Positions 35,912 through 47,168 of a stretch of 64,000 bases of DNA are shown one piece after another (position 1 is the first letter of the stretch; every line of letters starts with the position of its first letter). The DNA lies in IMG/VR virus record IMGVR_UViG_3300005731_000127, positions 19,660 through 83,659 of that record; one strand, 5' to 3'. Source of the DNA: a virus. A program made the position numbers and the translations under genes. Below the pieces are notes generated by a model. The model did no database searches. It saw only the letters and a list, made by a program, of their open reading frames with translations, and was not told where the DNA came from.

Positions 35912-36199
35912 CTATTTTCCTGATTTAAAACCATGTTCAGAAAGTTGAGAAAGCCATTCTTCGTATTTTTCTTTTCCTAGTTTTTTCCCATATTTGTCGA
36001 CTAAAACGTCCTTGAATTTTTTCCCGGTTCGACCATTTTTTAAACCTTTGTTTTTGTCAGGCTCTTTTTCATACTGCTTCTTGGTTGTACATGATCGACA
36101 AAACTTATTGTTTTTTACCGCGTTTTTATAACTATGTTTATGTTTGTAGGATAATTCTTTTTTACAGGCAGGACATTTTCTTTTGTATTCTGTTTTCAT
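35912..36199 (-). pseudogene. Probable truncated homing-endonuclease-type protein (zinc ribbon/NUMOD-like only)
   Basis: CPAC..CRSC, KNGRTGKK, YGKKLG..KYEEW; no nuclease domain; starts just downstream of the suppressor tRNA. Confidence 0.5.
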
Positions 36200-36232
36200 G
36201 TCTGGTCTTTTCGTTACAAAAAAATACAATAA

Positions 36233-36305
36233 TGCTCCCACAGGGACTCGAACCCTGAACATTCCGTTTTAGAGGCGGCTACTCTACCAATTGAGTTATA
36301 GGAGC
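36233..36305 (-). tRNA. Amber suppressor tRNA (anticodon CUA)
   Basis: GCTCCTA/TGGGAGC-A acceptor; D-arm ACTC-AATTGGTA-GAGT; loop CTCTAAA; T-arm CAGGG-TTCGAGT-CCCTG. Confidence 0.85.
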
Positions 36306-36314
36306 AAGAGCATA

Positions 36315-36833
36315 TTACTCTACATTTCTAATTAGTTCTGGAGGCGTAGACAGCTTAAGCGGTTTATCAGCAAGCATATATTCTCCTGCCCATTCTACAT
36401 AAGTGCCATCTGTTGTAAAGAAGAAAATCGCATCACCGTTGGTTCCGTAACTACCGTCTTCTGCCGGACTTGGAATTACTCCAGAAACATAATCATAACC
36501 TGCACTTCGCCTTACAGTACGTCCAGATATCTGACTGGGGTTCGTAATTTGAGAATTTACAGAACTAACTTTTCCTTTTACTGTATAGAAAGCCATAACT
36601 TTTCCATAAGAAACAAGATAGATGTAGCTTACTTTTGCGGAATCATTCCACAAGTTTGTTCTTTTATTGATATTTTCTCTCTCTAAGGAAAAATCGAGAG
36701 ACACAGGTGGCTGCCTTTTTAGTAATTTTGATTGATTAGCTTCTGTTTTTTCTTGTTCTAGTTGAGCGGTTCCCGGCTTATAGTCACATCCAGTAACTAA
36801 TAGCAAACATGCGATAATTGTAAAGTTTTTCAT
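36315..36833 (-). CDS. Lipoprotein
   Basis: Lipobox LLVTGC. Confidence 0.75.
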   Translation of the reverse strand: MKNFTIIACLLLVTGCDYKPGTAQLEQEKTEANQSKLLKRQPPVSLDFSLERENINKRTNLWNDSAKVSYIYLVSYGKVMAFYTVKGKVSSVNSQITNPSQISGRTVRRSAGYDYVSGVIPSPAEDGSYGTNGDAIFFFTTDGTYVEWAGEYMLADKPLKLSTPPELIRNVE

Positions 36834-37333
36834 AGTTTGATCCTTTCGGGTAGTTCTACATCACCCATTTTGAAAATTTTCCTGTTTACCATACGTGATT
36901 TTGCGTTATATTCTCCGGCTAAGTCAGATTTTTGCTGTTTTAGACCTAGCAGGATTGATTGTAGCCTAGCATATTCTTCTTTATCTGCCCAGTCCCAATT
37001 TTTCCTTTCTCCTAATTCTTCGGAAAAAGACTCTACGGACATTTTAGCTCCGGCAATTTTATTGTCAAGAGCATTAATGCTTTCATGGCGTAACTTAAAC
37101 CATTCATAGTTGTAAATCATATTATCAGCATCAATCGTCTTATTAACAACTCTTCCGGCTTGACGCAATGGGTTCATTACAAACGAACAACCTCCTATAG
37201 CAACAACTCCAACAAACACAATAAACCCTACAGCAAACATTGCCGAAAATGGTCCTCGATCAAATTTTCTCTCTAAACTTTCCCAACTCACACTAGTTTC
37301 CTTTTTTAAATTTTCCAATTCCAGTTTCCGCAA
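36830..37333 (-). CDS. Membrane-anchored coiled-coil protein
   Basis: N-terminal TM segment; coupled to the lipoprotein gene. Confidence 0.65.
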   Translation of the reverse strand: MRKLELENLKKETSVSWESLERKFDRGPFSAMFAVGFIVFVGVVAIGGCSFVMNPLRQAGRVVNKTIDADNMIYNYEWFKLRHESINALDNKIAGAKMSVESFSEELGERKNWDWADKEEYARLQSILLGLKQQKSDLAGEYNAKSRMVNRKIFKMGDVELPERIKL

Positions 37334-37450
37334 TGATCTCTGCTACTGCTTTTTCTTTATCTGTCATGTCTTCTAAATTTGTTCCAGCAAGTATACCAGC
37401 TATTCGAATTAATGCAAGAGCAAACTCGCTTCTTTCTTTACAACACTGTT

Positions 37451-37933
37451 TCATAAATTTTCCTCAATTGGATGAAGGTCTTGTATCTTTATATTATAGC
37501 AATTTGCCTTTACTGTAAACCAATTATCTCCCTGCCGTTGCCCCTTTCTCAAATATTCCGCATCATTAAAATAATCCTCTTTCGGATAACACCCTAAAAC
37601 CCATCCAACGGAAAGATCATTTTGTATACGAACGAATACATAATAATCACACTTCTGGATCGTATTGTATGCGGCAACACTACAGTCGTAATAATCCTCT
37701 GGTTTTCCTTTGCATTTTTTGGTTTTTACGTCACAGGTTCCCCATTCAGTTACTATATCATAATCATACGTATTTTCAATACGTCCTTTTATAACGGTGT
37801 TTGCAAGTATTTCTCCTAAAAAACCTACAACATTACCTTTTCCTTTGGTAATAGACTTTTTAAGTTTTCCCATCTCCTGAGACTTTTCTTCCGCTTCGCG
37901 GATCATATCTTGTGTTACCTTGACTTCAATCAT
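37451..37933 (-). CDS. Putative PD-(D/E)XK nuclease
   Basis: GFLGE, YDYDI..CDVKT. Confidence 0.55.
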   Translation of the reverse strand: MIEVKVTQDMIREAEEKSQEMGKLKKSITKGKGNVVGFLGEILANTVIKGRIENTYDYDIVTEWGTCDVKTKKCKGKPEDYYDCSVAAYNTIQKCDYYVFVRIQNDLSVGWVLGCYPKEDYFNDAEYLRKGQRQGDNWFTVKANCYNIKIQDLHPIEENL

Positions 37934-38930
37934 TCTTCATTCCACTAAAACCGCGAATCTTAGTTGTTATATAGTTGTTAATTTTATCTCTTGACCTATC
38001 AAGTAAAGTACATGCCATGGCAATCGTTCCAACAATAGGCAAAAATGCTATAAAACAAGCAAAGACAGTATCGGAAATATCAAACTTTCTATGACCACAT
38101 ACAACATCATATACTTCCATAGTTATTGCGATGGCAATATAAAATAATGATGACAACACATACAACGCTACGCAAATCCAAAATAACATAATTACTCCTT
38201 AACGTCTAGTGAAAAATTAATATCAGCTTCTGCTTCATTTAACATAGCCATCCAATTTATAAGAAATTTCTCTTAGCTGATTAGAATCTAAATTACCATC
38301 TCTTGCACAAAAATGGTTTTTTAATTTTCTTTCGTCTAAATAAATATCACCAATATAATTCCCATCCATATACACTTCCTCAAGAACAGAATCTTCCCTA
38401 TCTTTTTTATATGTGATAGTACCTGTCTTTTTTGACTTGGGGTGCATGTAACCCCATATATGACCACATATATATCCTACAACAAAAACAATTGTTGGAG
38501 CAGACGATCCAGAGTCCTGCATAAAACGACTTATAGAACTTTCAACTCCACCAGTTGATACTGCGTAAAGATCATAAATACCTAAAGCTATTACACAAGC
38601 GGTTATAATTTTTGCTGTTAAAGTCATTTATGACACCTCCTTATCTTTTACGCCAGCAAAATCATAGATTTTTTTTGTTAAAAAATTCGAAATATCAAAT
38701 TTGAATATGTAAAAACAAAAACTAATAAATCCAATCGTTCCAAACACAGGTAGTAATGAGCATACTATTCCACAAGAAATATTATTGAAATCGATATCGC
38801 GTTTACTTGATATTACACCGTAGATTTCAGCCGCAATAAACAAAAACCAGTAAAACAAAACCGATAGGATATACAATCCAAGACAAAGATAAGATAACAT
38901 AATTTCTCCTATTTTCTTAATTCGTACCAT
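37926..38930 (-). other. Three small membrane proteins; 37926-38189 and 38628-38930 look paralogous
   Basis: Shared LY(V/I)LSxLFY...E(V/I)Y.V...LP(I/V)xGTI pattern. Confidence 0.6.
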
Positions 38931-39054
38931 ATTAAGGCACAGTTCGCAGTAAAGTATGACAAGTACATTATACCCATTGGGTAGTCTTTAGTCCTCAAAT
39001 TATTTACGCCAGCTAATAAATAACAGAAAGCGGCAACAAGTAAAGGAAAAACAC

Positions 39055-39552
39055 TCACGGGTATTCACAAACGATTACGTCAAACGACGGACACCAAATT
39101 TCCTCAATCAGTTCTTCAATGAACTGCCAATTACCACCGGCACGTAGAGAGCCAAACTTTGGAGCTACTACAGTATCAGCTTCTGATAGAGAGTCCCTTA
39201 TGGAAGTCATACAGGAAACAAGATGCTCGTACCTAATAGGTTTTTGAGTGACCTTAGAGCGATCTCCTGTGCTGATAGATCGTATTCCAGTTTGAGCGTA
39301 CATATTTACAACAGTGATCAGTATTGATGTATCATTGTGTATGTTTATATAATCACATTGCCCTAGTTTTTTACTAGAATTCCTGAATTGTTTTTCTGGC
39401 TCTCCCCATTCTTTTGACAGAGCCATCACGAATCCGCTCCCCCAAGCTTTTATGTCGTTTACGATATGCGGGATGATAACCCAATTGTCGTCACTTGCTA
39501 GGTATTTTGCCGTTTTAATGGCATCGCCTTTAACGTATTGTAATTTTGACAC
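39055..39552 (-). CDS. Macro domain (ADP-ribose processing) protein
   Basis: YVKGDA, HIVND..WGSGF, NMYAQ, PKFGSLRAGGNW. Confidence 0.85.
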   Translation of the reverse strand: MSKLQYVKGDAIKTAKYLASDDNWVIIPHIVNDIKAWGSGFVMALSKEWGEPEKQFRNSSKKLGQCDYINIHNDTSILITVVNMYAQTGIRSISTGDRSKVTQKPIRYEHLVSCMTSIRDSLSEADTVVAPKFGSLRAGGNWQFIEELIEEIWCPSFDVIVCEYP

Positions 39553-40372
39553 TAGCTTTTACCTCTTTAAATTTTGTATCTGCGTCAACTCTTGTATATT
39601 CTAAGTCATTATTTTCTGTATTGTTTTTTAGCATAAAAACAGCATCATCAAAGAGTCCTCTAAGGGAACAGACTAAACTGCCTATAAACTTTTTATTTTC
39701 GCAATATACAACTTCATAAACAACCCCCCGTTCTAATTCATCGCATGTTAAAATTTTTTTATCTTTTATCTTCACTTTTACTTTTGTCATTTTTTTTTCT
39801 CCTTCTAGATGATTCGATTTTACCTACAAAACAATAATAACATAAAGGCGGCGGAAGGAAATCAAATTTTCGCTTAAAATGCCGGATTCTTCCATTTTTA
39901 TCCCGCAGGAGATAATGTTTGATATTCCGTCCTTTTGGTCCCGGCTCAGAACCCATAGTGAACACGTCTCCGCCGTAAAATACTCGCAGAGTATAAGCCC
40001 AAATGTAACAATTACCTATAAAATACATTATTCTGTCCTAGTTTTAACTTTTCCACATTTAATGCAATATCGTTCTTGATGATAATACACTTTTCCAACT
40101 GTGGTCCATTTACCCCATTTATGATTACATATTTTAAAACCAATGATGTACTTGATTATTACGTAGAGGATATATCCGATCATTTTTTAGCCTTGGTTAA
40201 TCCTAAATCTATCATTTTGTCAGTACAGGAGTTACATAAAGTTCTTCTTTGCATTAGTCCGGCAGAAGCGGTTCCTTGTGCGTATGGGTTTAACTTTTCT
40301 TCAGTATAACACCAAAGCTCATAAACCGCCTCAACTTTTTCTTTATTTGTTGAGCATCTATCACAAAACGGT

Positions 40373-42088
40373 TCACGCATTAACTCTCCCCCTAATTTCG
40401 CTCAGTGAAGTCTCTCGTAAGAGAGTACCATCTTCGAACACAGTTGTCAATAGTCCTTCCTCCTCTTCTTCCCATGTGCATTCGTCCATAAATGTTAGGT
40501 CTTCGTTAACCCGGAGTAGACCGCGAGCAGAATTCTTCATGCCTGAATCAGTTTTTGGTTGTTTAAAGATCGGTCGTGATTCGACTTTTCCTTCAATAGT
40601 AACTTCGCCATAAGTCGCTTTAACCGCAAGACCTAGCGTGTCTCTAGTGTTCATATTGTATGTAAAGCTACCAATACCTAACACGATATTATCAGAAGCG
40701 AACCCTTTAGCCTTTAATCGCCTTAGAATCTCTTCTTGGCGATCAAGTGTGATAGCGTCACCATAGATCAACCCAATGTGAGAGTCAAGAGTTTTGTATC
40801 CCTTTTCGTTTGCTGTTCCTCCAAACATATCCCATAGAATCTCGATAGAGCCTTTTTGTTCTGGAGTGAGTTCAATTTCTTTTAACTCTTTCTTCCAGAT
40901 ACCATCAATGTAATAATACTGTTTATCATAACGATTCCAATCTGGCTCAATATAGCATTCGTAGTATTTATCTCGGAATTTAAATTTCATCGTTAAATCA
41001 CCACCGTATTCTCCATGTGGCGTATCTTCTCTGATTTTTTCTTCCATAATCTCCGCACACCAATCCTTTAGTGCAGCATTATCTTTGTGGTATTTACTAT
41101 ACTCTTCCGTTATATCTGTAATTTCTTCACCACAGATGATTTCTACAGGGTCTCCACTGTCGGGCCTAACCACGTACTTACCATCTCTCGCCGTAATTCG
41201 ATCTTTAAATTTTGGGAGTGTCTCGGTGATCATCTTCCAGTAATCAAATCCATCACTGACAACAGATACAATACCTTCAGGATAAATGTTAAGCATAGTT
41301 TCGACGTAAAGGTCTTCATCAATATGACCCTTTACCAAAGAATTGAGGCACTGCACTGAATGCTCTGTAGCGGCGACTGAATACGCTACATCATCGATAG
41401 GGGCATTATAGTATTCTTCGGCAAACATCAATACAGGAACCGTGTCAGACCCCTTAAATGCAGTAACGTGACCCAAGGCACTTAAGCACGCACCTTCTAC
41501 ACCAACCATTCCCCGCATAGAGAAGTCATGACCTTGAAAATCGATAAACTCTTTGTTCGCACCGGTTTCTTCCGCATACTTTTCAAACTTTTGACGATAC
41601 AGGTCAGCAATTGTAGCAGAAACAATTGGCTTCCAAACAATATCACTCAATAAAGTTTCTAAAGAGTTGGTCAACCATCCAAAATCTGGATGTGTATTAT
41701 AGATCGTCATACTTGGCGTTCGGATTGGGACGCGAGACCCTTCCGGCAGAGCTTTGATTTTAATAGGAAGGTATCCGAGATCATGTAACGCAGCGATGTG
41801 TTCAGTCTCCATAGGAGAACCAAAATGTGCTGCTGTCACACGTTTGACTTCTGCGATGACTTCTTCTTTATCTCTATCAAAAAAGTTTTCATTGAATTGA
41901 TCAATTAGGTACTCTTTAATAAAATACTGCAAACCGCAAAAAACATGAGAATCGACATCATAACAACGCTTGCTTGATCTTGCTGTTAAATTTGAATAAA
42001 CCAAGCTGATACCGGCAGGGTATTGTTTGTAGTGCGATAACTTATAGCTATCCAAAAGAAGAACGGTGATAAAATCTTTAATTCTCAT
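40373..42088 (-). CDS. Nicotinamide phosphoribosyltransferase family (NadV/Namat-like)
   Basis: DSYKLSH, HDFSMRG, ATEHS, VVRPDSGDP, LIYGDAI, GIGSFTY. Confidence 0.93.
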   Translation of the reverse strand: MRIKDFITVLLLDSYKLSHYKQYPAGISLVYSNLTARSSKRCYDVDSHVFCGLQYFIKEYLIDQFNENFFDRDKEEVIAEVKRVTAAHFGSPMETEHIAALHDLGYLPIKIKALPEGSRVPIRTPSMTIYNTHPDFGWLTNSLETLLSDIVWKPIVSATIADLYRQKFEKYAEETGANKEFIDFQGHDFSMRGMVGVEGACLSALGHVTAFKGSDTVPVLMFAEEYYNAPIDDVAYSVAATEHSVQCLNSLVKGHIDEDLYVETMLNIYPEGIVSVVSDGFDYWKMITETLPKFKDRITARDGKYVVRPDSGDPVEIICGEEITDITEEYSKYHKDNAALKDWCAEIMEEKIREDTPHGEYGGDLTMKFKFRDKYYECYIEPDWNRYDKQYYYIDGIWKKELKEIELTPEQKGSIEILWDMFGGTANEKGYKTLDSHIGLIYGDAITLDRQEEILRRLKAKGFASDNIVLGIGSFTYNMNTRDTLGLAVKATYGEVTIEGKVESRPIFKQPKTDSGMKNSARGLLRVNEDLTFMDECTWEEEEEGLLTTVFEDGTLLRETSLSEIRGRVNA

Positions 42089-42248
42089 GAGTTAATCCTA
42101 AATTTGTTATTTTGTTAATTTCAATCATATTCTTACCTATTCATACGGTAACTGCATATCTGTTATATAACCACAGTTCGTACAAAACTCAATCCAACCG
42201 TCTTCGAAAAGACGGTATAGCTGACGAAATTCATCCGGGTGCTTGCAC

Positions 42249-42686
42249 CTATTTTGCGACATACTTAGTGCCTTCAACGATCAAGTATTTAATCGTCCTG
42301 TGATCGACCTGTCGCAAACTCTTCTCAACCCTCTTAGGGTCATCCTTAAGTGATGCTAAAAGGTCAAGGTCTTCACAATAACTACGACCCATCAATGGTT
42401 CGTGACTCATCAATCGTCCACGAAGGACTCTTTCGTTACCATTCGCTTTAACGAAACATACTGTAAAGACGACATTGTAGCACTTAATGAATCGTTCTGC
42501 AAGTGCGGTCTTTGTCACTTTCTTTTCTTTTTCGAAATCATCTGACGAATTCAATTCTTTAATGAGTGCATCACCTTCGATTTCGAATTTAAGTTTTGTG
42601 TGAATATTTTCTACAATTACCGAGTCTTTTTTGGCTGAAATAACTTTGCAGAATTCTACTGTTGAAACCAAATCATCTTTTTTCAT
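42249..42686 (-). CDS. Hypothetical protein (SH3/WYL-like C-terminus)
   Basis: VFTVCFVKANGNERVLRG..LRQVDHRTIKYL. Confidence 0.55.
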   Translation of the reverse strand: MKKDDLVSTVEFCKVISAKKDSVIVENIHTKLKFEIEGDALIKELNSSDDFEKEKKVTKTALAERFIKCYNVVFTVCFVKANGNERVLRGRLMSHEPLMGRSYCEDLDLLASLKDDPKRVEKSLRQVDHRTIKYLIVEGTKYVAK

Positions 42687-42730
42687 TTTTTTCTCCGTGT
42701 TAAGTTTATAAGTATTCGTCTATTTGTAGA

Positions 42731-43555
42731 TCAAACCACTCGCTTAATAATCATTTTGGTTGTTGGTTTTAAATCATCTCGGTACGAGTTGGTCGTATAA
42801 ATTTTGTCGACCCCCTCTAATTCTGTTCCTTTAGAGAATATACCGTGGTAAACCACTAAGTCAACCCTTTTTGCTCCACTTTCGCGAAGTTTTCCTGCTA
42901 ATCCTGAGAAAGTTCCTCCACCATCACAGAGGTCATCAATGATAATACAGTGTTCTGGCACTTCCGCAGGACAAGAAAACCCAGATAAACTACCGTCCTT
43001 CATATTTCTATGCTTAGAGCATTCCATAACAATAGGACTAACAGACATATATTTATGATGATCATTCCAGTACCGCTTTACAGCACCAGCGTCCGGCAGA
43101 CAAATACACCATGACTTCTCTTTAGTCGATTCTGGTATTGCATTTTGTTGATGAACATCCAGTAATAACTTTAAAGCGGAATTTATAAAAGCCCCCTCAA
43201 CCGCAGTATGCGAATAAGCATCAAGTCTATCGTTAGTTGATTGAGAATGAGACCATACGGTGGAAATCTCACTAAACCCCATTCCATTAATGATATCACA
43301 AACAACCTTGAGTGTATTTGGGGATTGCATGTCAATAGCACGATCCATTCTTGACCCAACCAGATAATGCAGTACAAGTGAAATATTCTTAATACCTTTT
43401 CTTTTTTGAACGTCAACGAGTTGCCCCAACTCGATTAAGTCCTGAAAAGATCGAATTGACGCAATTACTGAGTTGTCTAGACCAAGATCGCCACTTCTGA
43501 ACGACATTCCGTCAGGAAAACTTTTTCGTTCAAGTTTATTAAATAGTATTGTCAT
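42731..43555 (-). CDS. Ribose-phosphate pyrophosphokinase-like (Adps-like)
   Basis: FPDG, YLVGSRMDR, PDAGA, IIDDLCDGGGTF, HGIFSKG. Confidence 0.9.
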   Translation of the reverse strand: MTILFNKLERKSFPDGMSFRSGDLGLDNSVIASIRSFQDLIELGQLVDVQKRKGIKNISLVLHYLVGSRMDRAIDMQSPNTLKVVCDIINGMGFSEISTVWSHSQSTNDRLDAYSHTAVEGAFINSALKLLLDVHQQNAIPESTKEKSWCICLPDAGAVKRYWNDHHKYMSVSPIVMECSKHRNMKDGSLSGFSCPAEVPEHCIIIDDLCDGGGTFSGLAGKLRESGAKRVDLVVYHGIFSKGTELEGVDKIYTTNSYRDDLKPTTKMIIKRVV

Positions 43556-43727
43556 GAGAATTCCTTAAAATTTGTTAAGCCAATGTGATCTTTTTTTAGC
43601 CGTTTGTCTTTTTCTTTTTATAGCGTTTTCTAAACGAGATTTATCACGACAGTCTACAAAGTCAATACAAATCTTAGAAACAATATAAAGAAAAATGTAC
43701 GAAACTATAATGAGGACAACAAGCATA

Positions 43728-44702
43728 TTATTCCTTTTTCTCGTTAAATTCCTTGATAGTAACTGGAGGGCAATTATCTTCATACAGATTTGAAATAGTA
43801 TCAACTACAATTGAATAGAATCCGTTAGATTTTTCAATCGTATATTTTGATGCTGAGCCAATAATATCAAAAAACTTAAAAATATGATCTTTAGGAAACG
43901 ACTTTATGACGACGAATCCAATTCCAGTACCAATAATTACTAACCCAACGACTTTAATGGCGAAGAATGCAGCGTTGATAACATCAGTAGCCTGTATTGC
44001 AAGAGAATATTGCGTAATATATTGCGACACATAAAAAACAACACCAGCAAACCACCATACAACAAACAGACTGGCGACCCCTAAGACCACATAGAACGCA
44101 TAGAGAAACAGATACATTAGAGACTGAGCGTAGCTGATTAGTCTGTAAATTCTGTTCTTTAGCTGTTCGTTAACTTCCTTTTTGACAATAACAACATCTT
44201 CAGTAAATTTTTCTTTTTCGGGCTTCGCTCTATAAGCCGACTCAAGCTCACGCCAAAGCGAATAGTAATCAAAATCACTCATTAGTAGATTATCGTAATA
44301 ACCTAAAAAACTAGCGCAACTACAATTACGACGAATGTCTTTATTCATATGTTTTTTAATATTCTTGTGAAATATTTTTTTTCGTATATCAAGCATCTTT
44401 GAGGAAATATTACCACCAAAAATTTGAGATACAGAAATAATATATTTGAGCATAAAACTGAATATGCTTCCACAAATTTTAAACATCAAAATGAACGGTG
44501 AAAAAACAAGAATCAAATTCGTCAAATTAAACAGAGGGCAATAATGGGTATACAGAAAATCAGGAAGATCATCATTGACGATATAAAGCTTCCCATCTTC
44601 ATTTTTCTTAACTTCAATATTAAAACACCAATGAAGTAATTGATACCGCCAATAAGCAAGCGAAAGAACTCGGTCTCTTTTAATGTGTTTTACAATGTTC
44701 AT
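43728..44702 (-). CDS. Multi-pass membrane protein
   Basis: Several TM segments. Confidence 0.6.
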   Translation of the reverse strand: MNIVKHIKRDRVLSLAYWRYQLLHWCFNIEVKKNEDGKLYIVNDDLPDFLYTHYCPLFNLTNLILVFSPFILMFKICGSIFSFMLKYIISVSQIFGGNISSKMLDIRKKIFHKNIKKHMNKDIRRNCSCASFLGYYDNLLMSDFDYYSLWRELESAYRAKPEKEKFTEDVVIVKKEVNEQLKNRIYRLISYAQSLMYLFLYAFYVVLGVASLFVVWWFAGVVFYVSQYITQYSLAIQATDVINAAFFAIKVVGLVIIGTGIGFVVIKSFPKDHIFKFFDIIGSASKYTIEKSNGFYSIVVDTISNLYEDNCPPVTIKEFNEKKE

Positions 44703-44716
44703 ACTTTTTCCTTGTG

Positions 44717-45193
44717 TTATCTGGTAAAACCTATTTTCCCCTTGGGAGTGAACAACCCAACATACTCTTCTAATGATTCTATTAATTGTAAATCATATTT
44801 TTCACATACAATTTCTATATTACCCTTCCTCCAAAACCCGTCAGGACAAATTACATAAATTTCTTTACGAGAATCTGCATATAAGCCGAGTTCCATCATA
44901 CTGATCGGGGATTTTGTATTTGGACTAAAGTAGAACACTATTATATCAGATTGATCAAGCCCTGTCAACTCCCATTTAACCTGTTGATTAAATTGCGGAG
45001 ATTCAATGCTTTGTTCCCAAGATGAGTCCCAAAATTCGCGTCTAGGGTTAAGCACATTATACTCGTCTTTATGAAGACGTTCAAGTCTTGATTGCCAGTT
45101 TTCCGCTTGTCCTTGCTCGATAGACCCCGCCAAAAACATTGTTTGCTTTTTACGGTCTCTCGTTGCTATATTACGAGGTGGCTTAAATATCAT
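44717..45193 (-). CDS. Nucleoside 2-deoxyribosyltransferase-like protein
   Basis: FLAGSI, NPRR, QVKWE, SPISMMELG. Confidence 0.85.
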   Translation of the reverse strand: MIFKPPRNIATRDRKKQTMFLAGSIEQGQAENWQSRLERLHKDEYNVLNPRREFWDSSWEQSIESPQFNQQVKWELTGLDQSDIIVFYFSPNTKSPISMMELGLYADSRKEIYVICPDGFWRKGNIEIVCEKYDLQLIESLEEYVGLFTPKGKIGFTR

Positions 45194-45499
45194 TCCACTT
45201 ATTCCTCCAGTAATTGTTTAAAGTTTTGAACTTCTTTCGTAATTTTGTCAAGATAGTCAATGTCGCCCAAAACTCTGAGATTGTCGTTGTCTCGCTTAAT
45301 AACGTTGATGAATTTTTGGAACTCTCGCTGCTTCTTTTTTATTTGTTCCTGTAAAAACAGCCCCTCTTTAACAACATCATCGATATTGCCAGTTTTAGTT
45401 TGTAATACTTGAAAATCTACTAAGTAACTGTACAACCCCACAAAACCATCTTGGACGCCCATAGTAAGGAACCAACTAAAACCATCAAAATTTTCAAAA

Positions 45500-46186
45500 T
45501 CAGCCATTGGGTTTTGCATCGTCAATCCTTTTTTGTCTATCATAACCGGGAACTTCGCGAATTTTATTATTCAGCGTCTCGGTTACGCGATCCTTGTTTA
45601 CGATTCCACACCAATCAAAGAGTTCATTAATTTTTTCTTCGTTGATTTCGTCGTATTTAAGGTGAAAAACCTCGTCATAACTAAGAATATTTTTAAATCC
45701 TTCAGTTCGTTCGTATAAAGTATAGAACGCACCTCTAGTAATAAAACCATAAATTTCTTTATAACTATTATAACAGTCATCAACATCCCTGTCAACAAAA
45801 ATTATTTTACCACCAGTCCTTAATAAGTTTATGCCAGCCTCATATGGAGTAAATAAAGATTTGAATCCTATAATCGGAGTGTCAGCACGAAGATAATAGT
45901 GTAAAAAGTTAAAAACTCCGCCGTAAAAATTCTTTTTATCAGGCAAAACGTTTGCTGTAAAATAATCTTCCCTATTTTCGAATTGGGTAATCTGTTCGTC
46001 ACTTCTCGCTATTGTACGCTCATTATATTGTCGTGAATATAGTTCAGTAAAACCTGTCATCATACTAGACATTTCTCCGTAGATTGTAGCTTCACCACTA
46101 TTATTCAGCAATCGCTGAACAAGTGTAGACCCACATCTATAAGAAGAACCGGCAACCATAATAAAATCACTCATATACATCCTCAT
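45500..46186 (-). CDS. Sulfotransferase-like protein
   Basis: YRCGSTLVQRLLN PAPS loop, GFK, RDVDDCYNS. Confidence 0.7.
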   Translation of the reverse strand: MRMYMSDFIMVAGSSYRCGSTLVQRLLNNSGEATIYGEMSSMMTGFTELYSRQYNERTIARSDEQITQFENREDYFTANVLPDKKNFYGGVFNFLHYYLRADTPIIGFKSLFTPYEAGINLLRTGGKIIFVDRDVDDCYNSYKEIYGFITRGAFYTLYERTEGFKNILSYDEVFHLKYDEINEEKINELFDWCGIVNKDRVTETLNNKIREVPGYDRQKRIDDAKPNG

Positions 46187-47168
46187 CTATTAATCGAAAG
46201 AAAATTTTCCTAGCAGCATCGCTGAGATACTTAGTGTATCCATCAACACCTAACTTGTCAATAGCGTCTTGTTCTTCAGATTGAATATCTTTAACAACCC
46301 ACCGAAGCAAAGCTCCGGTATGCCGCTTATCAAGTTCGCCGTTACAGGCTTCTTGGACGCCCTGCTTAACCCTGTTCTCGGTAACAGTATATGCAACCAA
46401 CTCCTTAATATCATTCAGGTCTTCTTCCGTGATTGCGATTTTTTCTTTACTTCCCACAACTTTGTGGGCGTCACCCTTGACCTTAAACTGGATACGTTCA
46501 TTCTTATATTGTCCAGTAAATACGATCCCCTCGCCAATTCCTGTATGACCAAGCATTTTAGCAACAGGGCATTCTTTTTCTACAGCTTCAACCATTTTTT
46601 CCATTTCGTCTCTAGCTTTAGCTGGATCATTAAAATCCACCATAACTTCATAAGTTGGAAAAATACTAATTGTATGGAAAAAGTGAGATTCGATAAGTGG
46701 TTTATCGCACCAAAGTAATTCTTCTTCATCGTCGCTTTTATAAGCGATATCAAATAAAAAGAAAGCAGGATCAATGTTAGTAACGCCGACCCCTTTCTGG
46801 ATTCCACGCCCCGCCCATTCCCCGAACATAATAATACTGTTAGTTCCTTCTGGTGCTTCGATATTTTGAAATATCGTCGTTAATTCCGCTCTATTACTGG
46901 CGACCCATTGGGCGAAACCAAAATGACCGTCACGAACAAGCTGTGATCGGGATTGTGCGACTAATTCACCCGACCTACAGTCGTATTGTATTCCGGCATT
47001 TGTTCCATGTAGCTTAACAGCCCCAGTGAATTTAATTACTGGCTTTTTTAAATCAGCATCATAGATCGGGTTTTTATCTTCGTCAAGACCAATAAATTCA
47101 GCCATTGACTTGACTCGCTTAATAGCGTCTTTGAATTGTCTAATTTTTGGATATTTGATATGCTTCAT
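46167..47168 (-). CDS. RNA ligase (Rnl2-like)
   Basis: KLHGTN, QSRS, FGEWAG, FLFDI, GEGIV, FKVK. Confidence 0.85.
   Translation of the reverse strand: MKHIKYPKIRQFKDAIKRVKSMAEFIGLDEDKNPIYDADLKKPVIKFTGAVKLHGTNAGIQYDCRSGELVAQSRSQLVRDGHFGFAQWVASNRAELTTIFQNIEAPEGTNSIIMFGEWAGRGIQKGVGVTNIDPAFFLFDIAYKSDDEEELLWCDKPLIESHFFHTISIFPTYEVMVDFNDPAKARDEMEKMVEAVEKECPVAKMLGHTGIGEGIVFTGQYKNERIQFKVKGDAHKVVGSKEKIAITEEDLNDIKELVAYTVTENRVKQGVQEACNGELDKRHTGALLRWVVKDIQSEEQDAIDKLGVDGYTKYLSDAARKIFFRLIDEDVYE

Noticed and set aside
35900-35914. Amber readthrough extending the truncated endonuclease ORF next to the suppressor tRNA
   Set aside because: TAG is followed by AAT TAA, so readthrough adds only two residues
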